Of a stretch of DNA of 64,000 bases, positions 9,781-17,893 are shown piece by piece. The notes beneath the pieces were generated by a model. It did not search any database. It was given only the letters and a program-made list of their open reading frames with translations, and was not told where the DNA came from. The DNA comes from an uncultured delta proteobacterium (lineage in GTDB: Bacteria > Myxococcota_A > Polyangia > Fen-1088): NCBI GenBank assembly GCA_963755125.1, contig CAVWIP010000001.1:283001-347000 (forward strand). The letters are read 5' to 3'. A program made the position numbers and the translations under genes. How positions within the stretch are numbered: position 1 is the stretch's first letter; every line of letters starts with the position of its first letter.

Positions 9781-10785
9781 ATGAAGCGCGCACTTGTCAC
9801 TGGAATCACCGGTCAGGACGGCTCGTATCTGGCCGAGTTCCTCCTGGCCAAAGGCTACGAGGTCTTTGGCGTGATCCGACGCTCCAGCTCTTTCAACACC
9901 GAGCGCATCGACCGCATCTATCAGGATCCGCACAGCACCGACTACCGACTGCGCCTGGTGTTCGGGGATCTCGACGATGCGAGCTCGATCAACCGCATCA
10001 TTCAATCCACCCAGCCGACTGAGATCTACAACCTGGGCGCGCAGAGCCACGTGCGGGTCAGCTTCGACGTGCCCGACTACACGGCCAACACGGTGGCGAT
10101 GGGGACCTTGCGGCTGCTCGAAGCCGTGCGCGAGAGCGGGGCGCGCTGCCGCATGTATCAGGCTTCTTCCAGCGAGATGTTCGGCGCGTCGCCGCCGCCA
10201 CAGAACGAAGACACCGCGTTCCGTCCGCGCAGCCCCTACGCCTGCGCCAAGGTATTTGCGCACCAGCTCTGCCAGAACTACCGTGACGCCTACGGCCTAT
10301 TCGTCTGTTGCGGGATTCTGTTCAACCACGAATCTCCCAGGCGCGGCATACCGTTCGTCACGCGCAAGATTACGCGTTCGGCAGCTCGCGTCCTGCATGG
10401 GCTCGACAAGAAACTATTTCTGGGCAATCTGGACGCGCAACGCGACTGGGGATTTGCCGGCGACTACGTCGAAGCCATGTGGCTGATGCTGCAACAGGAT
10501 CGGCCCGATGACTACGTCATTGCGACGGGTGAATCGCACGCCGTGCGAGAGGTTCTCGACGTCGCGTTCGGCACGCTGGGCCTGGATTGGAAGAAGTACG
10601 TCGAGACCGACTCGCGTTACCTGCGTCCGACCGAGGTGGACCACCTGCGCGGTGACGCCAGCAAAGCCGCCGCCGAACTGGGCTGGAAGCCGCGTGTGCG
10701 ATTCCGAGAACTGATTGAAATGATGGTACGCTCGGATGAGGCCGACGTGCGAGCCACGCTCGCGGGTCGCGCGCCCAGCACCTAG
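9781..10785 (+). CDS. gmd: GDP-mannose 4,6-dehydratase
   Basis: [60 protein letters not shown]. Confidence 0.97.
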   Translation: MKRALVTGITGQDGSYLAEFLLAKGYEVFGVIRRSSSFNTERIDRIYQDPHSTDYRLRLVFGDLDDASSINRIIQSTQPTEIYNLGAQSHVRVSFDVPDYTANTVAMGTLRLLEAVRESGARCRMYQASSSEMFGASPPPQNEDTAFRPRSPYACAKVFAHQLCQNYRDAYGLFVCCGILFNHESPRRGIPFVTRKITRSAARVLHGLDKKLFLGNLDAQRDWGFAGDYVEAMWLMLQQDRPDDYVIATGESHAVREVLDVAFGTLGLDWKKYVETDSRYLRPTEVDHLRGDASKAAAELGWKPRVRFRELIEMMVRSDEADVRATLAGRAPST

Positions 10786-10819
10786 GCCCGAAAGACCTTC
10801 TCACCGTCGAGAGCCAGCC

Positions 10820-11542
10820 TTGCCACGAACACTCATCCTCATCCCGACCTACAACGAGCGAGAATGCGTCGAGCCCATCGTGGCCGCCGTGCGGGCCGCC
10901 GTGCCCGAGGCGACCATTCGGATAGTCGACGACAACTCACCTGACGGTACCGGCGCTGTGGCCGACCAGATCGCGGCGCGCGACCCGCAGGTGCGCGTGA
11001 TGCACAGGGCACAGAAGGCAGGGCTGGGAGCCGCGTACCTCGATGCCTTTACAGCGGCGCTGGCGGAGGGCTGGGAACGCATCGTGCAGATGGACGCGGA
11101 TTTTTCGCACAATCCCACGGATGTGCCGCGGCTCCTACAAGCCCTGGAAGATGGCGCCGACATGGCCGTGGGGTCGCGCTACGTAGCCGGTGGCGGCACC
11201 GCGAACTGGGGACTGGGCCGCCGGATCATCAGCCGTGGGGGGGGGGTGTACGCCCGGATGGCTCTCGGGGTCGGGGTTCACGATCTGACCGCCGGGTTCA
11301 AGGCATGGAAGGCCGCGACTCTGCACGGAATCGACCTCGGGGCGGTAAACGCCCGCGGCTACGGTTTCCAGATCGAGATGACCTACCGGACCTTGCGCGC
11401 CGGCTTTCGAGTACGCGAGGTGCCGATTCTCTTCGTCGACCGGCGCGTGGGCCTTTCCAAGATGTCGGGCTCGATCTTTTTCGAGGCGTTGACCCTGGTC
11501 TGGCGGCTTCGCCTTCGGGTCGCGAGAGAGAAATCCCACTAG
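10820..11542 (+). CDS. Polyprenol-monophosphomannose-synthase-like GT2 glycosyltransferase (Ppm1/Dpm1 family)
   Basis: IPTYNE, VDDNSPDGTG, QMDADFSH, GSRYV, GYGFQIEM, FVDRRVGLSKMS. Probable TTG start at 10820. Confidence 0.9.
   Translation: MPRTLILIPTYNERECVEPIVAAVRAAVPEATIRIVDDNSPDGTGAVADQIAARDPQVRVMHRAQKAGLGAAYLDAFTAALAEGWERIVQMDADFSHNPTDVPRLLQALEDGADMAVGSRYVAGGGTANWGLGRRIISRGGGVYARMALGVGVHDLTAGFKAWKAATLHGIDLGAVNARGYGFQIEMTYRTLRAGFRVREVPILFVDRRVGLSKMSGSIFFEALTLVWRLRLRVAREKSH
11237..11246 (+). repeat. G10 homopolymer inside the GT2 gene
   Basis: CGT GGG GGG GGG GTG (R-G-G-G-V); currently in frame. Confidence 0.9.
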
Positions 11543-11578
11543 AGGAGCGGACATTTACACATGGGCGCTACAATCCGA

Positions 11579-11606
11579 ATGTCCGATAACAGATATTATG
11601 TCAACT
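11579..11606 (+). other. dif: dif-like chromosome dimer resolution site (XerC arm - 6 bp spacer - XerD arm)
   Basis: ATGTCCGATAA-CAGATA-TTATGTCAACT versus E. coli GGTGCGCATAA-TGTATA-TTATGTTAAAT. It is an AT-rich island between convergent genes. Confidence 0.88.
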
Positions 11607-11732
11607 AGACAAACCGGCCGATTCCATTGCGTCTCGGACGCGGCGACGCCTCCGCATCAGGCCAGCACGCCTGTGACCTCGCCTCCTCCCCTCCGTGTTC
11701 TCAGCGGTTGGCCGCCGTGCAGTTGAAGCGGC

Positions 11733-12365
11733 TCATCCAGGCGGTGGATCGAGGCTTCGCTGTTTCCGGGTGCGCTGCTCGCGCAACTCGGCCAGCGCGA
11801 GGTCGAGTTCGGGTGAACGTGTGGACTGAGATTCGATGGCGGCGATGGCCCTGTCAAGGGTTGCAACGTCGGCAACCGTACGCGTGCGCAAGGCCGCGTA
11901 CATCTCGGCGAATTGGGCGAAGAAATCCTGCAACTCGTCCCCGCGGCGCAGTTGGCGCAGTGTGGGCGACAATTGATCGTCGCGAATGCGCCCGCAGGTA
12001 GAGGCGATGTTGTGAAGCGGTCCCGCCACCTTGTGGGTCAGCCAGATGCCGGCGGCCGCTATAGAGAGCACCAGAACCACGGCGAATCCCGCCATGCCAT
12101 AGAGAACGATGCGGTCACTGGCCTGGAATTGGGCCCGCAGCTCCGCCCCGGCAACCGGATCGGCCTGGACGGTCATCATGACGATGCGGGATGATACCTG
12201 CGTGGCCTGATAGACCTTGTAGCCAAGCACCCCGGTGAGGAGCACGGCCACCGCGATGATGAATGCCGTGTAGCGGAGCTGCAGCCCCACGTCGAGCAGA
12301 TAGTTGCGCAGCTTGCGCTGGCGCGCGAACGCCGCCCTGTCAGGTTTTTCGATTTGATTGGTCAT
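11733..12365 (-). CDS. Two-TM membrane protein with HAMP-like segment
   Basis: GGAGGAG RBS before ATG 12365, RKLRNYLLD..LQLRY, two TM helices, THKVAGPL...LRRGDELQDF. Confidence 0.75.
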   Translation of the reverse strand: MTNQIEKPDRAAFARQRKLRNYLLDVGLQLRYTAFIIAVAVLLTGVLGYKVYQATQVSSRIVMMTVQADPVAGAELRAQFQASDRIVLYGMAGFAVVLVLSIAAAGIWLTHKVAGPLHNIASTCGRIRDDQLSPTLRQLRRGDELQDFFAQFAEMYAALRTRTVADVATLDRAIAAIESQSTRSPELDLALAELREQRTRKQRSLDPPPG

Positions 12366-12384
12366 GCTTGTGTCTCCTCCCCGG

Positions 12385-13173
12385 CTAACCCCCTTGAGAA
12401 CGGAAGAATTCAAGTAGGCTGTCGCCCAGTTGGCCTGCCGTCGCCTCGATGCAGTCGCGTCGCGCGTTCAGCTTGTCGGCGTCGCGCCTGCCCCCCTGCA
12501 CGGCAGCGCCGGCGCTAGTCCACAGGATCACGGTCCTCGACGGCCAGCGGGCGACCATGATCTTGATCTCGCAACTGGTCTCAGCGCTGCCTCCCGACCC
12601 CGAGGAACTCTCTTCCAGACGAGCCACGTTGCCATCGATAAGGAAGCCGACGCGGCCGGCGCGGGCACGTCCCTTGGGCATTGGCGCGTCCGGAGCAAAG
12701 GTCAATTTTGGCAGTTTGGCGAGGGATTGCTGAAGCGAGCTATGCAACAAGGCGAGCAAAGTGGAATCCGCGGCCTTCGCGCCGCCGGTGAACGGGCCAA
12801 AGGTTACGAAGATCTTTCGGTCCTTGACCTCCTGGTCTTCGAGGGCGGAAAGCGCGACCTTGATCTGAGTGGCGACGAAGGGATCGGGCTCTCGCTCAAG
12901 AAGTGACTTGAGCGCCGCGGCGGCTGGTGCGCCGCCCAGCTTGCCCAGCGACTGCGCCGCCATGGCTCGCACCGACTTGTTCTCGTCGTCAAGTGCCTTG
13001 ATGAGCGCCTCGGTCCCGGCCTTCTCACCCAGCTTGCCCAAGAGCAGCGCCGCCTGCACGCGGACTTTGAAGCTGGGATCAGTCAAGAGTGCCTTGGATA
13101 GATCCTCGCCCTTGCCGCCCCAGCCTGGCTGCGCCGCAGTCAGGACAGTGAACGCCGTGGCGATCGCAGCCAT
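12385..13173 (-). CDS. Secreted HEAT-repeat protein
   Basis: Signal-like start, DPSFKVRVQAALLLGKLG, DENKSVRAMAAQSLGKLG. Start position uncertain. Confidence 0.8.
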   Translation of the reverse strand: MAAIATAFTVLTAAQPGWGGKGEDLSKALLTDPSFKVRVQAALLLGKLGEKAGTEALIKALDDENKSVRAMAAQSLGKLGGAPAAAALKSLLEREPDPFVATQIKVALSALEDQEVKDRKIFVTFGPFTGGAKAADSTLLALLHSSLQQSLAKLPKLTFAPDAPMPKGRARAGRVGFLIDGNVARLEESSSGSGGSAETSCEIKIMVARWPSRTVILWTSAGAAVQGGRRDADKLNARRDCIEATAGQLGDSLLEFFRSQGG

Positions 13174-13361
13174 CAGGAGTCGCGACCGAGAGCGCCGAAC
13201 CGGTTGCCGAAACGAGTGGAATTGCGCAGGTGCGAGCGGCCCGAGGCGCAAGGAGGGAGAATGCTCGACGTATTTGACCGACGAGCAACGAAGGGACGCG
13301 AGGCAAATGGGCGACTTCACGACGGGAGGCAAACCGCTCGGCGCTCTGAAAGCCGCGGCGT

Positions 13362-14546
13362 TCATTCCGGCGTGCGCAGCCTCGGAGGTGGCCCGCTCGA
13401 AGGAAGCTCGATGACGAAGGCCGATCCACCTCGGGGGATGTCCTCTACCCAGATAGTCCCGCCGTGCACCTCGATGATCACCTTTGCCAGAGCGAGCCCC
13501 AGACCGTGACCGATTGGCACGTGCTTGCCCACCTGGGAATAGGGCTCGAAGATCCGTGTGCGCTGGTCCACCGGAACGCGGTCACGATCGCCACCCACAC
13601 TCGCACGGGTCAGCCCACCCGCGCAGGAAATCTGGACCCGGCACTGGCGGTTGACCGGCTGGCGCAGAACATGGGCAATCAGGTTGGCCAGTGCGTCCTG
13701 CAGGTAGGCAGGGTCGCCCTGCACCGGCTGGGCGTTGCTCGCGGCCTCGATGGCGATGGTCTTGTTGCGACTGCCGGTCGACGCCTCGATAGCAGACTTG
13801 GCTTTCTCAGCGATATCCGCCAGGGAGACCTGCTCTTCGCGCAGGGCGACCCGGTCCGACTCGAATCGTTCATAGTCGAGAACCGTGTGCAGGCCGTGCG
13901 TCATATCACGAAACAGGGCGCGGCAGTCATCAACGCACTCCTCGACCTCACCTTTGGGCGAAACCCGGCCGAGCGACGCGAGTTCCTGGGCCAGAAATTC
14001 AAAATTCGCCTGCACGGCACCAACGGAGTTCTGCAGATCATGGATCAGCCCGCCCACCCAGCGGCGTCGCTCCCGTATGGCGGTGCCCTGAACCATGCGC
14101 TTTTTCTCCTCCCGCCGGTAGAGGGCGTGCGTTCGCAAGAGAGCCCAGAGGCGGGCGCGCCGTTCGTCGCCGCTGGTGGCGGGGGAGAACATCGCGTCTG
14201 CGCCTGCGGTCACGGCGCGTAGCTGCAAAGCCTCACTGCGTTTGTCGTCCGTCCACAAGACAATCGGCACAAAGTGCGTGCGAGCATTTGCCTTGAGGCG
14301 GGCACAGAGATCGACGCCCCCGGCCGCGGTCACGCGCGTCTCGATCATCACCAAATTCGGGCGATGCAGCAGCACCTCTTCGAAAGCAGCGTCAGCGTCG
14401 CCAGCCACCTGAACGTTGATGCCCTCGGATTTGAGGAACTCAACCAGGGGCCGAGCGGTAGGTCGGCCCGACGCAACCACCAGGCCTTCGACCTGACCCG
14501 GGGCTGGTACGACATCGTTGCGTGTCGTCCGTTCAGTGGAGAGCAT
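13362..14546 (-). CDS. Hybrid receiver + histidine kinase protein with degenerate motifs
   Basis: REC-like N-terminus (RPNLVMIE, VPIVLWT), H-box IHDLQN, IFEPY, G2 box GHGLGLALAKVIIEVHGGTIWV. Confidence 0.85.
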   Translation of the reverse strand: MLSTERTTRNDVVPAPGQVEGLVVASGRPTARPLVEFLKSEGINVQVAGDADAAFEEVLLHRPNLVMIETRVTAAGGVDLCARLKANARTHFVPIVLWTDDKRSEALQLRAVTAGADAMFSPATSGDERRARLWALLRTHALYRREEKKRMVQGTAIRERRRWVGGLIHDLQNSVGAVQANFEFLAQELASLGRVSPKGEVEECVDDCRALFRDMTHGLHTVLDYERFESDRVALREEQVSLADIAEKAKSAIEASTGSRNKTIAIEAASNAQPVQGDPAYLQDALANLIAHVLRQPVNRQCRVQISCAGGLTRASVGGDRDRVPVDQRTRIFEPYSQVGKHVPIGHGLGLALAKVIIEVHGGTIWVEDIPRGGSAFVIELPSSGPPPRLRTPE

Positions 14547-14702
14547 TCGACGGCGAATCCCACGCCGGGAATCAAGGTATCAAAAACCGCGCAGAGTTTC
14601 AACGCTTAGCACAACGTATTGTCATGGCGCATCTACGAAAGATGCCCGTGAGCATACATGTAGGTTTTTTGACTTCATTGTGGGTTCTGGCAGTGTGTCA
14701 GC

Positions 14703-15098
14703 ATGAGAAACCGTGATTCTGCCGACCGAGCGCCCTTCCCTCCTCTCGAAGAAAAGCGCCAGCACCTGCGCTTCGACAAGGTCTTTCCCGTGCGAGTCGA
14801 GTCGATCCTGTTCGGCGAGCTGGACTGTGTGGCCCGCAACGTGTCGGCTGGCGGGATCTTCGTCGAGATGACCGAGCCACTCCCTCTGGGAGCGCACGTG
14901 CGGGTTTCGTTTCTCAGCTCTGACACCTCGGCCGAAATCGTCGCTCTCGGCGAGGTCAAGAATCACTACTTCATGAACTTCGCCAAGGAAGGCCTGACTC
15001 GCTCGGTGTCCGGCATGGCCGTTCGCTTCTACGCGTTCGAGAACGAAAGCCAGCAGATCCTGGCTGACTGTCTGGATCGGTTTCGAGTGCTGAACTAG
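14703..15098 (+). CDS. Single-domain PilZ protein (c-di-GMP receptor)
   Basis: RQHLR (RxxxR), NVSAGG (D/N-x-S-x-x-G) and GMAVRF. Confidence 0.9.
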   Translation: MRNRDSADRAPFPPLEEKRQHLRFDKVFPVRVESILFGELDCVARNVSAGGIFVEMTEPLPLGAHVRVSFLSSDTSAEIVALGEVKNHYFMNFAKEGLTRSVSGMAVRFYAFENESQQILADCLDRFRVLN

Positions 15099-15102
15099 CG
15101 CC

Positions 15103-16617
15103 CTACTCTGCGAGCTGCGCTCGCACCACGACCGGTTCTTTCAGCGCGACCGTTGTATCGGGGTCGATGGGAACCTCCACGTCTCGGGGACCTTGCGCGA
15201 TGGTCAGCGTCCGCGTCCCCTCCCGGACGCTGAGTTCGTAGCGCCCCGGCAATACGCCAGCAACCAGAAAGTGCCCGTCCTGATCCAGTGCGCCCACCGC
15301 CGGTCTTGGGAAGGCCAGAGAGGGTGCCCTACCCAGCAGGACGGCGCGGGTATCGGATGACAGATGGTAGCCTGGCCTGGAAACAACCTGGCCGGTGACG
15401 CGCGCCCCTTTGTGATCAAGACGAAGCTCGACGGTGACATCGCCCTTCTCGGCCAGTTCGATCCTTTCAGGTGGGTAAGCCAGCATGTCGCCCCGCCGGG
15501 CCCACAGGTAGTAGGTGCCGGGGGCGAAATGGTCTTGGGCAAAGCTCCCTTCCGAATCCGTGGTCCAGAAAATGGGCAGGGTCGGCGCGCCGGGCACATC
15601 GGAGAGCACCGTTGCGACCGTGGCATTGGGCTCAGGCGAGCCGTCGGCGCTGTGTACGACGCCGCGGATCACAGTGCCGTGCGCCAGCTTCACGGTGAGC
15701 CGCGCCGCCGGGGCAGTGAGCGCGTTCTTCGTGGTGATTGACTTCCAGCCAAACTTGGAGACGCGCAGGGAATATCGGCGGGCTTCCAAGCCGCCCAGTA
15801 CGAAGGTTCCGTCTGCGCCAGAGCGAGTCTCACTGACCGCGATGGCGTCTTCCGAAGTGCGCACGGCCTGCACGAACGCATCCGCCACCGGGACGCCGGT
15901 TTCGGCGTCAACCACGCGGCCGCGCGCGGCCGACTCCGGGCCCATGCGAAAAGTCCGCGTGGGAGCGGTGCCGGTAGCGCCGAGCTTGTCAGGCGCCACA
16001 CGGTCGACAATCTCGCTGGCCAGGCCGAGGCGACGCAGGCGCAGGGCATATGTCCAGGGACCGTTGCGCAGGTGAAGCCTGAACGTACCGTCCTTGGCCG
16101 AAACCTCGTCTCCCAGTGGGGTGAATTGCGTGCCCCGCGCTACCCAGATGTCGACATGCACGCCCTCGAGTCGGTGGCCCGCCTCATCCGTCACTCGTCC
16201 AGACAGAATCACTTCCGGTCGATCGGCCGTGTCCCGGTTGAACACGGCCCGATGGAAGGCCAGTTCAGAATCGAGCACGCAGTGCGGTTCGGGTGTCCAT
16301 GGCAGGGCACAGGGTGGCGCCAGCGTCGAGCAGAACTCTACGCATTCCTCAGCATCCTTGGGATCGCACACGTGTGGCCGCGACTGAAATGCCTCTAGTG
16401 AGGAACCCTCTCCCTCTCGGCCGACGCAGTACAAACAAGCATCAGGCTGCTCCACACACAGGACGCCGCGGGGCGATGCGCTGGCGACGTCGGCCGGCCG
16501 CGCTTTCGACGCCTGAACCGAACGCTTGCAGGCCGGCAGCGCAAACACGAGCGCGGCGCACAGGCCGAGCTTCAAAAATGCGCGTGCCACAGGTTGTCTC
16601 GCATCAAGGCTGGACAC
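15103..16617 (-). CDS. Lipoprotein with Cys-rich N-terminus and tandem carboxypeptidase-regulatory-like domains
   Basis: LPAC lipobox, 8-Cys segment, repeated GRVTDEAGHRLEGV / GRVVDAETGVPVADA / GVVHSADGSPEPNA, PGTYYL, PGRYEL. Confidence 0.85.
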   Translation of the reverse strand: MSSLDARQPVARAFLKLGLCAALVFALPACKRSVQASKARPADVASASPRGVLCVEQPDACLYCVGREGEGSSLEAFQSRPHVCDPKDAEECVEFCSTLAPPCALPWTPEPHCVLDSELAFHRAVFNRDTADRPEVILSGRVTDEAGHRLEGVHVDIWVARGTQFTPLGDEVSAKDGTFRLHLRNGPWTYALRLRRLGLASEIVDRVAPDKLGATGTAPTRTFRMGPESAARGRVVDAETGVPVADAFVQAVRTSEDAIAVSETRSGADGTFVLGGLEARRYSLRVSKFGWKSITTKNALTAPAARLTVKLAHGTVIRGVVHSADGSPEPNATVATVLSDVPGAPTLPIFWTTDSEGSFAQDHFAPGTYYLWARRGDMLAYPPERIELAEKGDVTVELRLDHKGARVTGQVVSRPGYHLSSDTRAVLLGRAPSLAFPRPAVGALDQDGHFLVAGVLPGRYELSVREGTRTLTIAQGPRDVEVPIDPDTTVALKEPVVVRAQLAE

Positions 16618-16694
16618 AGGGGAAGACTATAGGATCGCGGGCACTCGGCAAGCGCGCGGTTTGGTTGTAGAAGACCGCCAAGGATCGTGAAGCC

Positions 16695-17327
16695 TTGATC
16701 CGCGGCAAACTGATAGTCTTGGAAGGCATCGACGGCTCGGGCACCACAACGCAAACCGAGCGGCTGGTCGAATCCCTGCGCCAGCAGGGTCGTATGGCTG
16801 CTTCCACGCGTGAGCCCAGTGCCGGGCCCATCGGTCGACTCCTGCGCGAGGTGCTTCTTGGCCAGCATCGCATGCCGTACGATGATGCCTCGGTGGACGG
16901 TCGGACCATGGCCCTGCTCTTTGCCGCTGATCGCCTCGACCACCTGCAACGCGAGGTGGAACCCTTGCTAGCCGCAGGAACCGACGTGGTTTCTGACCGC
17001 TATCTGATGTCGTCACTCGCCTATCAAGCAGAGGAGGCCGATCGTGAGTGGGTGGGCGTGCTAGCGCGAGGGGTGCGACCGCCAGATCTGACCATCCTGC
17101 TCGACATCCCGGTGGAGGTGGCGGCGCAACGCAGGCTGCTGGCCGGGCGTCCCCAAGAACGCTACGACGCGGATGCCTACCTTGGCCTCGTGGCAAACAA
17201 CTACCGTCGGCTGGCGCACGCTGACCCGTCGGCCGCGATCGTCGACGGTTCCGCATCGCGAGACGAAGTCACGGCCGCCATCGTCGCGGCAGTGCAAGGA
17301 CGGTTCGCATCCTTGGCAACGCCATGA
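16695..17327 (+). CDS. tmk: Thymidylate (dTMP) kinase
   Basis: IVLEGIDGSGTTTQ, TREP, LLFAADR, SDRYLMSSLAYQ, PDLTILLD. Confidence 0.95.
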   Translation: MIRGKLIVLEGIDGSGTTTQTERLVESLRQQGRMAASTREPSAGPIGRLLREVLLGQHRMPYDDASVDGRTMALLFAADRLDHLQREVEPLLAAGTDVVSDRYLMSSLAYQAEEADREWVGVLARGVRPPDLTILLDIPVEVAAQRRLLAGRPQERYDADAYLGLVANNYRRLAHADPSAAIVDGSASRDEVTAAIVAAVQGRFASLATP

Positions 17328-17893
17328 GAGTATGGTGGGGCATGCATCGACGTCTTTGTTCTCTTGGCGCTCTCCTGAACGGTGTTCTTCCCATGGGGCT
17401 GCTGGTTGCCTCCTGCGCGACAAGCAGGCCCGACTTGGCCAGCCCGGCTCCCGTGGGCGAGCAGCCCACTCCCTTGGAGACCGTGGCTCCCGCACCCTCC
17501 CCTGCCCCCGAGCCAGAAAAGCCTCCCACGCCGGCACCAGCCGTGTGTACCGCATTTGTGAAACCGGGGGTGCTGAAACGTTCGGCGGTGGTTCGTGTCG
17601 TGGATATAGGCATCGGACGCTGGCTGGCGGGTGGTGCGGAAGTGGAACGAAAGATCGCCAAGAGTCATTTCCAAGGTTGGGAGATCCAGCGCCTGTATCC
17701 CGGCGATCCTTGCTACGCGACCGTCGACCTTCGGCCACACGATGTGGTCATCCAGGTGAATGGCAAGCCGATCGAGAAGCCCGAGCAGGCATTCGACGTG
17801 CTGACCAGCCTGCGTACGGCTTCCGAGTTGGTGGTGGACTTTCTGCGCGACGGCCAGCCGCAAAAGCTGACCCTGCAGATCGCGGACGAATAG
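17324..17893 (+). CDS. Lipoprotein with GspC-like PDZ domain
   Basis: LVASC lipobox, Pro-rich linker, DLRPHDVVIQVNGKPI...FLRDGQ. Start uncertain. Confidence 0.7.
   Translation: MRVWWGMHRRLCSLGALLNGVLPMGLLVASCATSRPDLASPAPVGEQPTPLETVAPAPSPAPEPEKPPTPAPAVCTAFVKPGVLKRSAVVRVVDIGIGRWLAGGAEVERKIAKSHFQGWEIQRLYPGDPCYATVDLRPHDVVIQVNGKPIEKPEQAFDVLTSLRTASELVVDFLRDGQPQKLTLQIADE

Noticed and set aside
11554..11574. TTTACA...TACAAT sigma70-like promoter next to dif
   Set aside because: The spacer is only 9 bp.
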